A stretch of 64,000 bases of DNA from Basidiobolus meristosporus CBS 931.73 (taxonomy: Eukaryota; Fungi; Basidiobolomycota). Under the pieces are notes generated by a model. That model searched no databases. It saw nothing but the letters and a program-made list of their open reading frames with translations, and was not told where the DNA came from. Each line of letters opens with the position of its first letter. The stretch's first letter is position 1. The position numbers were made by a program, and so were the translations under genes. Positions 1-10,000 of the stretch are shown here, in pieces. Location of the stretch: contig MCFE01000283.1 in the NCBI GenBank assembly GCA_002104905.1, forward strand, positions 1 to 64,000, read 5' to 3'.

Positions 1-913
1 GCAAGTGCTGAAGCCACTGCACTGCTGTTGAGAATACTGAAGAGATAATAATATTTTGAGTATGACTACAATGAACCTTATGATCGTCTATGTAAGTATC
101 AGTAGGTAATAACTTGGCAAGTGGAATGCTGCTAGCTTGATGTGATAGATGCTCCATCTTACCATCAGGCGCCAAAGTAAGTTTATTTATCTATCATAGC
201 CATCATGGTTATCGAACAAACGCTCAAAAGATACTCTCCACAAAGCTCAGATGGTCATAAGATCTTATCCGTGCTGTGGGGCAGACGAGAGGTTGAATCA
301 GAATCCCGTATGGAAGCCGGTGAGGGACTACCGTGGTAGGGAGTGATGGAGGTTCAATAGGACGTAATCCCCGTCCCTCATCGTGTATCTCCCCGGTTTC
401 GTCCCCACGTCTTTAGAAGAGTCTTCGAGCACCCCGACCTCGTGGAACCTTTCACTAAGCACCGATACTTACATTTCATTTGGGATAAATACCTAAGTTG
501 GTAAAGCCTTTCACCTTATCTACACATCAACTGGGCGTGTCTTTCACCACCACTATCAGTAGTGGAAAGGCTATAAAGATTCGTGTTTTGTATAGATTTC
601 CACAAGAGCCAGTGAGTTATTTCACTCTACAAATATATATGCATGCATTCAATCCGGTTTTACTCTTACAGCAAATAGAAACTCAAATCACTCACACTAT
701 AACAAGTCGCTCATACTATACAATTGTAGCGCCCGTACTTCACGTGATTTTAGTAGCAAGGAACGGGCTCTCTTGGCTAGAAACCGAAGTAAGGGTGATA
801 CTCCCCTTCATTACCGTGGTAACTCTGCCTATCTCTCCTTGCCTACCGTCCCTATCCCCTTAAAGCTCTATACAGTCCTCTTCAGTATTCAATTCAGTGG
901 TGAAACACACACA

Positions 914-1176
914 ATGCGATTCAATACCCTTCTCTGCTCCTTAACCGTGTCAACATCAGCTCATGTCAACACGTGACCTGCGAACCGGTAGATATCACAA
1001 GCATCACTTCCGGTCCACCCGGCACCTCCGCCAAAGTAATCCTGTACCCTTCCCTGCAAGATTGCAACCGTAAAAGGAACATGACTGCTACGATTACCTC
1101 CAAACAACTCGAGAGATACATCGCGAAGTACGGAAAAGAAGTGACCGTTGGAGCAGTGAGAGTCTCTGCCAACTAG
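914..1176 (+). pseudogene. Frameshifted paralogue of the small secreted protein at 2893-3319
   Basis: ATG at 914 gives MRFNTLLCSLTVSTSAHVNT*. The homologous C-terminal part (SCQHVTCEPVD...GAVRVSAN*) is in another frame. It lacks the segment equivalent to 2958-3103 plus a further 18 nt. Confidence 0.8.
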
Positions 1177-1301
1177 CATTCTCAATAAGAGTCATAATCA
1201 CATGGCCATTCACTATCAATAGATAAAATGCAACGGTACTTTATTCAAGCACACAGACAAGCTGTGTTGTTGGAGTGAATGAAAGCCTTGATTCTTATTA
1301 T

Positions 1302-1751
1302 TCAGCAACCCCAGTCGCATCCACCATACCCTCCATATCCCCCGTAGCGTCCATATCCCCACCGACCTCCATAACCACCGTAGCGACCGTAGCGTCCTCG
1401 TCCCCAGTATCTGCCCCTCCGCCGCCCATATCCGCCGTATCTCCCCCATAGCTGGGCCTCTTCAGGATTGCCCTCCTCTTCCTCGACTCCTTGGTCGGCT
1501 TCTTGCTTATCCGAGAGGGTCTGATCGAACGTATTTCTTGACATCTGGCCGAGAATGCCATCGATGTAGTGTCGAATATTCTGCGCATCCTCTTCCTTAT
1601 TGGACGAGAACCTCTTCACCACTTGGCCGCTTTGTGGATCCCTATTGGAGATGGACGCGCTCGCTACATTTGTGCTTGACACGTCCACGGGACTTCCAAA
1701 GGCACTGACGGCCATTAGTAGAGCACAAGCTGCGGTAAGTTGTTTGTACAT
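1302..1751 (-). CDS. Secreted Gly/Arg/Tyr/Trp-rich prepro-peptide, copy 1 (149 aa)
   Basis: Intact ORF. Hydrophobic signal peptide (MYKQLTAACALLMAVSAFG), acidic pro-region with KR at 46-47, C-terminal 49 aa of GRY/GGY repeats ending GCDWGC. TATATAAA upstream (1791-1798, minus) and AATAAA downstream (1240-1245, minus). Confidence 0.9.
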   Translation of the reverse strand: MYKQLTAACALLMAVSAFGSPVDVSSTNVASASISNRDPQSGQVVKRFSSNKEEDAQNIRHYIDGILGQMSRNTFDQTLSDKQEADQGVEEEEGNPEEAQLWGRYGGYGRRRGRYWGRGRYGRYGGYGGRWGYGRYGGYGGYGGCDWGC

Positions 1752-1790
1752 TGTGAATGTTGAATACTCAAATAAAGCTCAGCACCAGCC

Positions 1791-1798
1791 TTTATATA
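1791..1798 (-). promoter_or_regulatory. TATA box of GGY gene copy 1 (equivalent at 4579-4586 for copy 2)
   Basis: TATATAAA on the minus strand ~40 nt upstream of the ATG in both paralogues. Confidence 0.65.
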
Positions 1799-2121
1799 CA
1801 GATACAAGATGGAGGTTGATTGATATCGCATCTAGGAAGCTTCAATCAAATGATGTAGTATATTTCGGAGGCAACCACCGCAGCCAAAGTACAAACACTC
1901 GATTTCTGTTAACAACAACACTAGTCGTGGTATAGAGATTTCTATACTATGTTATATGAAAGTGGCAAGTATCTCGTAAACGGAAATGGGTAGATAAACA
2001 GCGAGAGCCTCAAAAGAGAGCCTCAAAAATTGTCATTTATTTTGCATGATTTAGAGTTGCGGATGATCGCAATATTGGTAGTAAGCTTAACAGCATGATG
2101 TATTAAATTAGCAGCTCAAGC

Positions 2122-2215
2122 AAACCCTCCAAGTTCCCAGCGACCATCATAGTCCCCGAAGTGACCATAACGACCTCGTCACCTGCCCTCTCTGGTGCGA
2201 GCACCTTCTTCCTAC
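2122..2215 (-). pseudogene. Degenerate relic of a GGY-family gene
   Basis: Minus strand reads ...EGR*RGRYGHFGDYDGRW and aligns at nucleotide level with the RGRYWGRGRYGRYGGYGGRW segment of the intact genes. Confidence 0.6.
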
Positions 2216-2819
2216 ACACCGTTTCCTGGCTTTGGAGAAGAGATGGATACACTTGTCACATTAAAAAGTATTAGAACGATGGAAAAGTACTTGCGCATGG
2301 TGAGCACCAAAGGATAAACGGAGCCTACTCTTGTGTATCTTTTACGTTATCTATCCCACACTGGTCATCTTTTTGTTTGACCACCACCATTTGCCGTTCT
2401 TCACCAGAAGTCATCACCACCATCTGATTCCTTCGCTAGGAGATGAATGAGTGGGCTACAAATGGGTAATACCTATGTGTAACACTCAATACTAAGCATG
2501 TACTCAAAATTTAAAGCTGAAGTGTAACAGAAACTACAACACTTTATTTACGCCTAGATCGCACTCACCATAATCGGTGTTACGATACTAATGGAAGTGA
2601 GCAGGCAACGCATCCGTGCCACATATGCAAGCCAACACTAGTCATCCCAGTGTAATCGAACAATACAAGGAGCTTCGCTTGAGTTCGATAGTTTCTCTAA
2701 AAAAAAAGTGCTTAGCCCAAAGCGAATTTGGAAATTTCGGAGTGAATACATTAGTACAGAATGTTCCGCTTCATCATGGTAGCTCAGCCTGTCTCTCCTT
2801 ACAAGCCGGGCTAATTTCC

Positions 2820-2826
2820 TATAAAA
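2820..2826 (+). promoter_or_regulatory. TATA box of small secreted protein gene (equivalent at 5381-5387)
   Basis: TATAAAA ~70 nt upstream of ATG 2893, conserved in the duplicate. Confidence 0.6.
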
Positions 2827-2892
2827 TCGCTTACAATGCTCACCTTCTTCATCAGGCGTACACACAGAAGCACACACACCGAGGCACACACA

Positions 2893-3319
2893 ATGCGATT
2901 CAGTACCGTTTTCTGCTCCTTGACCATGGCACTACTAGCCTGCACAACAACTTCAGCACAATCCTCTAGTGCGTTACTAAGTATGTAATCAGTATATAAC
3001 TCAACTAGCCGCAACCAGTGAGCCTTACTAACCAAATACTTACAATGTAGAATTGGTGAATACTCCTGAAGATACTGCACAACAACTACCATTCTCAGCT
3101 GGCTCATGCCAACGCGTGACCTTTGGACCGGTGGATACTGCCAGCATCACCCCCGAATCACCCAGTACCTCTGCCCAAGCCATCTTGTATCCTTCTCTGC
3201 AAGATTGTAACAATCGCAGGAACAGGATTGCTGCTATAACATCCAAACAACTCGAGGTACATATCGCGAAGAACGGAAAAGAAGTGACTGTTGGAGCAGT
3301 AAGAGTATCTGTCAGCTAG
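2893..3319 (+). CDS. Small secreted protein, 118 aa, two exons (2893-2980, 3051-3319)
   Basis: Exon 1 encodes a signal peptide (MRFSTVFCSLTMALLACTTTSA). Splicing the 70-nt intron joins in frame (A|AA = Lys) to the 3053-3319 ORF (LVNTPED...GSCQRV...ILYPSLQDC...VSVS*). AATAAA at 3327-3332. Confidence 0.85.
2981..3050 (+). other. Spliceosomal intron, 70 nt
   Basis: Donor GTATGT at 2981, branch point TACTAAC at 3026-3032, acceptor TAG at 3048-3050; removal restores the reading frame. Confidence 0.88.
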
Positions 3320-3681
3320 CATTCTCAATAAACCGCATTGTTCAGTCAGGAGTTACAAAGAATGCATCCCATTAGATATACACAGCCAGAATGAAAGAGC
3401 AACTGTAACAGAGTAGTGAACGAAAGCCTAGAATATGCCTACATATCATTATGATTATCCAGCAAAAGATGAATGGTGTATATCCACCGTAGCAATACTA
3501 GTAGCAAGGAACGGGCTCACTTGGCTAGAAACTGAAGCAAGTGTGATACTCCCAGGAGTGATCAAATATTCCCCTTCATTGCCATGGTAACTCCGCCTGT
3601 CTCTCCTTGCCAACCGTGCTTATACCCTTATAGCTCTATACAGTCCTCTTCAATATTCAATTCAACGGTGAAACACACACA

Positions 3682-3962
3682 ATGCGATTCAATACCCTTC
3701 TCTGCTCCTTAACTGTGGCACTGCTAACCCGCATACCAACATCAGCTCATGCCAACACGTGACCTGCGAACCGGTAGATATCACAAGCATTACTTCCGGA
3801 CCGCCCAGCACCTTCGCCAAAGCGATCCCGTACCCTTCTCTGCAAGATTACAACATGAAAATGAACAGGATTGCTACAATTACCTCCAAACAACTCGAGA
3901 TACACATCACGAAGAACGGAAAAGATGTGACCTTTGGAGCAGTGAGCGCCTCTGCCAGCTAG
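3682..3962 (+). pseudogene. Frameshifted paralogue of the small secreted protein, second copy
   Basis: MRFNTLLCSLTVALLTRIPTSAHANT*; same deletion junction (..TCAGC|TCATGCC..) as the 914 copy, with the downstream frame shifted. Confidence 0.8.
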
Positions 3963-4089
3963 TACTCTCAATAAGAGTCATAATCACATGGTCATTCACT
4001 ATCGATAGATAAAATGCAACGGTACTTTATTCAAGCACACAGACAAGCTGTGTTGTTGGAGTGAATGAAAGCCTTGATCTCTTATTATT

Positions 4090-4539
4090 TCAGCAACCCC
4101 AGTCGCATCCACCGTACCCTCCATATCCCCCGTAGCGTCCATATCCCCACCGACCTCCATAACCACCGTAGCGACCGTAACGTCCTCGTCCCCAGTATCT
4201 GCCCCTCCGCCGCCCATATCCGCCGTATCTCCCCCATAGCTGGGCCTCTTCAGGATTGCCCTCCTCTTCCTGGACTCCTTGGTCGGCTTCTTGCTCATCC
4301 GAGAGGGTCTGATCGAACGCATTTCTTGACATCTGGCCAAGAATGCCATCGATGTAGTGTCGAATATTCTGCGCATCCTCCTCCTTGTTGGACGAGAACT
4401 TCTTCACCACTTGGCCGCTTTGTGGATCGCTATCGGAGATGGATGCGCTCGCTACATTTGTGCTTGACACATCCACGGGACTTCCAAAGGCACTGACGAC
4501 CATTAATAGAGCACAAGCTGCGGAAAGTTGTTTGTGCAT
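4090..4539 (-). CDS. Secreted Gly/Arg/Tyr/Trp-rich prepro-peptide, copy 2 (149 aa)
   Basis: Intact ORF; 9 aa differences from copy 1, all in the first 90 residues. TATA at 4579-4586, AATAAA at 4026-4031 (minus). Confidence 0.9.
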   Translation of the reverse strand: MHKQLSAACALLMVVSAFGSPVDVSSTNVASASISDSDPQSGQVVKKFSSNKEEDAQNIRHYIDGILGQMSRNAFDQTLSDEQEADQGVQEEEGNPEEAQLWGRYGGYGRRRGRYWGRGRYGRYGGYGGRWGYGRYGGYGGYGGCDWGC

Positions 4540-5453
4540 TGTGAATGTTGAATACTCAAAGAATGCTCAGCACCAGCATTTATATACAAAACCAGTTTTC
4601 GGCCAAGATGAAGGTTAACAAACATCGTATCTAGGAAGCTTCACAAAATTGATGGGTTTCAGTCGAATAATGTAGCATATTTCGGAGGCAAGCGCCGCAG
4701 CTAGCATACAACCATTTTTACTTCTGTCTTCCACAGCAATAAGCGACTAAACTAGCCATAGCAGAGAGATTCTTATATATATAATTGATATAAGTACAAA
4801 CACGTGGTTTCTGTCAACAACAATGCTAACCGTGGTAGAGAGATTCCTATACTATGTTATCTGAAAGTGGCAAGTATTTCTCTAGTAAACGGGAATGTGT
4901 AGAAATGCAGCGAGAGCCTCAAAAGAGAGCCTCAAAAATTGGCCTTTATCTTGCATAACTTGGATGATGGCAGTATTAATAGTAAGCTTGACAGCATGAT
5001 ATATTAGATTAGCAGCTCAACCAAAGGATGCCTCTCGTGTATCTTTTACGTTATCAATCACATGCTGGTTATCGTGTTCTTTCACAATCACATACTGTTA
5101 ATCGTGTTCTTTCACTACCACCAAGAGATGAACACATGGGCAATACTTATGTAACCGCCCAATATTATCCTCCATCCTTATACCTCGAACAAACTATGCA
5201 TGCACTTAGGACTAATAGCCTCAGTGTAACAGAAACTACGACACTTTATTTACGCCTAGATTGCGCTCACCAGTGCTTATATTCGGAGTGAATACAATAC
5301 TATGGTATATAATATAAGTTATTCCGCTTCAGCATCATGGTAGCTCAGCCTGTTTTTCCTTACAAGCCGGGCTAATTCCCTATAAAATCGCTTGTAATGT
5401 TCACCTTATTCATCAGGCATACACACAAAAGCACACACACAGAAGCACACACA

Positions 5454-5575
5454 ATGCGATTCAGTACCGTTTTCTGCTCCTTGGTCATGGTACTACTAGC
5501 CTGCATGTCAACTTCAGCACAATCCTCTAGTGCGCTACTAAGTATGTAACCAGTATACAACTCCACAAGTCGCAG
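5454..5575 (+). pseudogene. Truncated small secreted protein copy (exon 1 and start of intron only)
   Basis: MRFSTVFCSLVMVLLACMSTSAQSSSALL then GTATGT at 5542; homology to 2981-3050 stops at ~5575. Confidence 0.75.
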
Positions 5576-6371
5576 CTAAAGCGATCATTATGTTGTGGTG
5601 AGTTCACGAATTAGATATACTTCGCTGGGCACGCACCTTTATAACACTTTGTGAATTCTAAAAAACACAACGCCGTTCCTTCTGCAACAGGATGTTTATT
5701 CACTCGCCCAAACCAACTTGGGATGTGCTAGCTTTAGGTTCAAACACAATGGCTGTCAAGGCTTCACAAGCAGGCGAAGTCTCCAGAGGTGAGTCTATAT
5801 TCCTACGCATAGCTGGCTTCCCTTTAAACTTTGCTACTACTTCGCCATTCTCAATCGTTAGCTTCTGCAGCCCGTGTGTTGCTGAGAATACTCGCACACC
5901 GAGACAGCATGTCTTTCTATAGATACGTCTGCTGCATGTTGCATAGCATCAGCATGTCTATAGTGAAAATCTTCAATGACGCTCGAACATGCTTTGTAAT
6001 TTCGATTAGACGATTTACTATGCTTAGAGACTGATTCAGCTATTGTTCAGAACTGATTTCAATATTGTTTGTATTATGAATGTAACAACAACTATATGAG
6101 CAGTACTGATGATGCTGAATTTCTTTGTATAGCTTGAGTCACGATCGTTGAGAGCTTGCTTGCTACGTTGTGTTCATGAGTTGATGTAGATTGAGAAATT
6201 GCAGCAGACAATATCTGTAGATACCGACACATTTCACTCTGATGACTGAGAGTAGTTATTTAAAGATACATACATTCACTTTCTTAGCTGAGTCAGCTTT
6301 AGCAGTATTCAATTTGTATGTAATCGATGGCTAGCTTGATAGATATACAGTGACTGCTGATTGCTCAGAAT

Positions 6372-7050
6372 TCGATTGATGGTTTCAGTCAGATCAAGTA
6401 GTGTATTTTGGAGGTAAACACCGCAGTTAGCATACAACCACTTTTCCCTTCTGTCTTCCACAGCAATAAGCAATTAAGCAGAGAGATTCTTACGTGAAAA
6501 TGGCGAATATTGCTCCTGCAAACAAATACAAGTGAACAAGCAGCAAAAGATGGCAATATTGCAAGTAAGCTTAACAGCACGACGTAGCAGGTAAGTTATT
6601 TAAAACGCACCTAAAATCTCATCCACATCCGCAAAATTTCTAACAATCACTATAGCACCTGTGATGTCGCTCCCACCAATATTTGCCCTGCCCTTTCTGG
6701 ATTGGCTGGGACCTATGTACATCTCTCAGGCTACGAGGAAGAGGCGTGTTGGTATCAGCTGGCTACACCGGAGCCCATACTAAAATATTCAGACCATTAG
6801 GAATGCACGAATGATGGGAATATGCTTGTGTTTAGTGAGTACCAAAGAAATAAATGTAGCCTTTTGGCTCGTCTATGTAAAATAGCATAATAGAAAACGA
6901 CAATGGAGCTTGATAAAGCCTTTCATCTGGTCCACCACATACTGGCCATCTTTCTCTTCCGCCACCATCACCATTGGTAGGGTGCCTGTGAAAATGGATT
7001 GGTATGCTACGCGCAATTGCTTGTGTGTTTTGAACCGCTCTTGTCAAGAA
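6372..7050. repeat. Remnant third cassette unit (promoter-side block) containing a second GGY relic at ~6615-6700 (minus)
   Basis: 6380-6590 aligns to 4660-4790 and 4970-5010; 6925-6975 aligns to 2345-2395; minus strand reads QKGQGKYWWERHHRCY, resembling RRRGRYWGRGRYGRY. Confidence 0.7.
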
Positions 7051-8499
7051 TGGAAAAGCCTATTTGTAATAACTTAATACTATTCTCCGTTCTTATACCT
7101 TGACGAAATGCATTCAATCAGGATGAGCGACAACGTCACCTCATTTATGCATAGAAGCCCTGGTTGCACTCAACCTAGCCCTCCTATTTCACATGAACAA
7201 AGTCTCGCGACGCTGGATACCCCTGCACTGGTACTGGTTATGAGCAGGCTATCACATTTGCATGCCAACAGTATTTACCCCTCTACCTTGCGCTGGCAAC
7301 TCCGCCATTGACCAAAGAATAGGTAAAAAATGATGGCAATACTATCATTGCTCGTAACAAGGCTTCTCTTGAAAGTAACAAATGCTAACTTCGACCTTTT
7401 CCAAGCAAATAGAGCTCTATACCATTGGATACATAGAAAAACGGCAATACAATCATTACTCCAATACAACCAAACCACTGGCTTCTCTTCACAGGTGCAA
7501 CTTGTGGTAGAGCCTGAAGCCAAACTTGCACCCACCCAAGTGTTCAAGATACTATGACACATAGAATGAATTATTTCCCTCTATATCCTCAATGGTCTCT
7601 GTAGCCCCCATAATGATCATAACTTATTTGTCCCCAGTATTTTCCCCTCCACCATCTGTCTCTTCAAAAGCTTGGTCTTTCAATAGCAGAAGATGTGAGT
7701 TGTGTGTCTGTATCATAGAGTCAATTTTGTCAAGAAAACCAAAGTATTTCCTTTATATCCAGATCAGTTACAAGGTGTTCTTGTGATCAAGGTGATTGGT
7801 ACTTGAGAATAGTATGGTGTAGGGGAAAAGAAAAAAGAGAAAAGGAGAAACACCTATCACCTATGTGTACAATGGGGGTTGATCAAGTTGCCACATATGT
7901 ACAAGATAGGAAAGGAGGTAAAGGAAAACAAATGTTGAGCACTGGTACACACACATAGGATAGATCAAGTTCTCAACATACACAAAAAATACTTAACCTT
8001 ATGTGAAAAGAAGATAAGGAATGTGTAAGGCAGCCATTACAAAATTGATTCATATCCTCACAACAATGCAATCAGGCCAAGCTTGCAAAGAAGGGGGATA
8101 CTGCTAAGAGCAATACGCATATCAATGGTTGAGCAAGTTGTCATTGTACCTACACAGGGTAAATGAAGGTAAGATCCTCCACACACTAATGGTTGATCAA
8201 GTCATTAACATACCTAGAAGGCTCATGATGTACATGCTATTTTTACCAATCTGGAGCAAGACACCAATTGTAAACAGCCAGTGATGCAATCCAGTGCATG
8301 CAGATTATGGTAACTTGATGATGCTTGCCAAGCCACTGTACAGACTGCTCATGTGCCAGAAAGCTGCAGATTAGTGCAGTTAGATATATCAGCAGTATTG
8401 GGGCAGTTTTGTGGGGGATAATGAGGGTGAGTGGGTGGATATAGGGTCTTGATATATCTCAAGTTGCCTATATGCTTAATTAAAGCATTGCTCTGATGA

Positions 8500-10000
8500 T
8501 GGTTATGCTAAACAAAGCTTAATGATGCTGGAGTCTTTTTCCTTGTCAACAATACTGGTGTTGAAAGCACATTTCATTGAGTGCCTATGGATTATGACTC
8601 TGGCATGCATATGAGCCAGCTCTATATTCCAATGAGTTTCAATGCAGCTCAAATGTGGTTTGCAGTCAGCATACCTGATGATGGAGCTGATTATTGTAAA
8701 TTTACTTTTAGTAAGCAAAATAGTGTCTAAATGGATCTCCTCTATGGAAATAGAATCAATGATATTCAACACCTGCCATGTAATATACATATCAATGATA
8801 GCATTGTAGTAGTGTCTGTACCTCCACTTCACATAGTATCCACAGCTACACAGTCTAATAACACAGTCCTGTGGGATGGTTTTGACATGCCTGACATTTA
8901 AAAGCCACCTGTCTCTTGCTAAGATGCAAGGGCTGTCAGGTAGAAAGCATTCATCTTGTGCCCATTATCAAAACAGATCCCACCCTTCTAGGTCTTTGGT
9001 GCAAGTGATCTCCCAAGAATCTTGGAATACTTTGAAGCACATGCTAAGTACAGATGTGATGGCCTCTGAAAACATTCTTCATCAGCTCAATACTGCATAG
9101 GCTCATATGCTTGACAACCTGCCATAATGCTGAATCAATCAGGATGTCTGTGGATTACCATTGCAATGGTTATACATCTTCTTTACTACTTAGCAGTAAA
9201 GCTTTCCTATAATGCCTATGGTAGATAGCTGTGATTCTTCAAGGGCTGGGTCCACTAATTGGTTCAGATCCCACAGAACCCAGTCATCATTGCTCAGGAC
9301 AAGACTGTTGCTTTCAAGCCTGCTGAGCTCTTCCTTTGTCAGTGATACAGGTTGTTCTCAACCCTGCCCAACCAGCCCAACTCTTGCTTAGTTCCAATTT
9401 CTCATGTAATCACTCTGGAGACAGATCTTCCTAAGCAACAAACACTCTTGGGAAGCAAATCTTCCATACTACTAGCCACTGCTTTAATCACCTCCCACTC
9501 CTCACTTAAAGGAACCAAGATCTGTTGTAAAAGGATCATTAGTAGACAAGTCAATGATGTCAAACACCAGTGACAGGGAATAAGGGGCCAAGAGGGAATG
9601 TGGGTGAACCAGGAGTAAAGCCAGTCTGGCTGAAGGAGGGAGGCCATGTAAAGATTCTGGGCCATACAATATACTCAGAACCTATTAAGGTACAGATCTT
9701 CCATATCCAAAAGCTCTTGGGGCCAGGGCCAATGCAGACTCCCTAAGCCCTCTACAGATTTCTGGGCAGGCAGTAAATGACACTTTTGGATCCTGAATCA
9801 AGCTGCAAAGGGTCTGCTTTGGCATTATGCTGCCAAGTCTTGGGTGCTTCAGAGTTGGATTGAGTAGGGGAAACTCCAGGGGATTCTTTGATTGATCCTA
9901 GGCTCCCAAGTTAATATAATATATCCAATCCAGGGCTCCCATCCATGGTACAAAGCTGGCTCTCATGGACACCTATAGGAAAGTTTCAGTGATTACACCT
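8500..10000 (-). mobile_element. Possible DIRS/Ngaro-like tyrosine-recombinase retroelement relic
   Basis: Degenerate motifs only: WPWPQELL...LLQPDWLYSWF (resembles DIRS methyltransferase-like domain, ~9590-9740) upstream of ..DSISIEEIHLDTILLTKSKF.. (YR-like, ORF 8503-8832). Confidence 0.3.

Larger units (their letters stand above)
750..5575. repeat. Tandem segmental duplication of a ~2.7-2.8 kb secreted-protein cassette (unit 1 ~750-3010; unit 2 ~3500-5575)
   Basis: Long near-identical blocks, e.g. TAGTAGCAAGGAACGGGCTC at ~750 and ~3500, both GGY genes with flanks, and both SSP promoters/exon 1 (2760-3010 vs 5320-5575). Boundaries approximate. Confidence 0.92.

Noticed and set aside
3716-3746. 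A 31-nt GT..GCTAAC..CAG mini-intron that might rescue the 3682 pseudogene
   Set aside because: Poor donor (GTGGCA), and removal does not restore the homologous reading frame
1298-4496. Plus-strand ORFs 1298-1588, 1600-1935, 3999-4376, 4065-4496 and alternate-frame minus ORFs
   Set aside because: Shadow frames of the GC-rich GGY genes; no signal peptide, promoter or motif of their own
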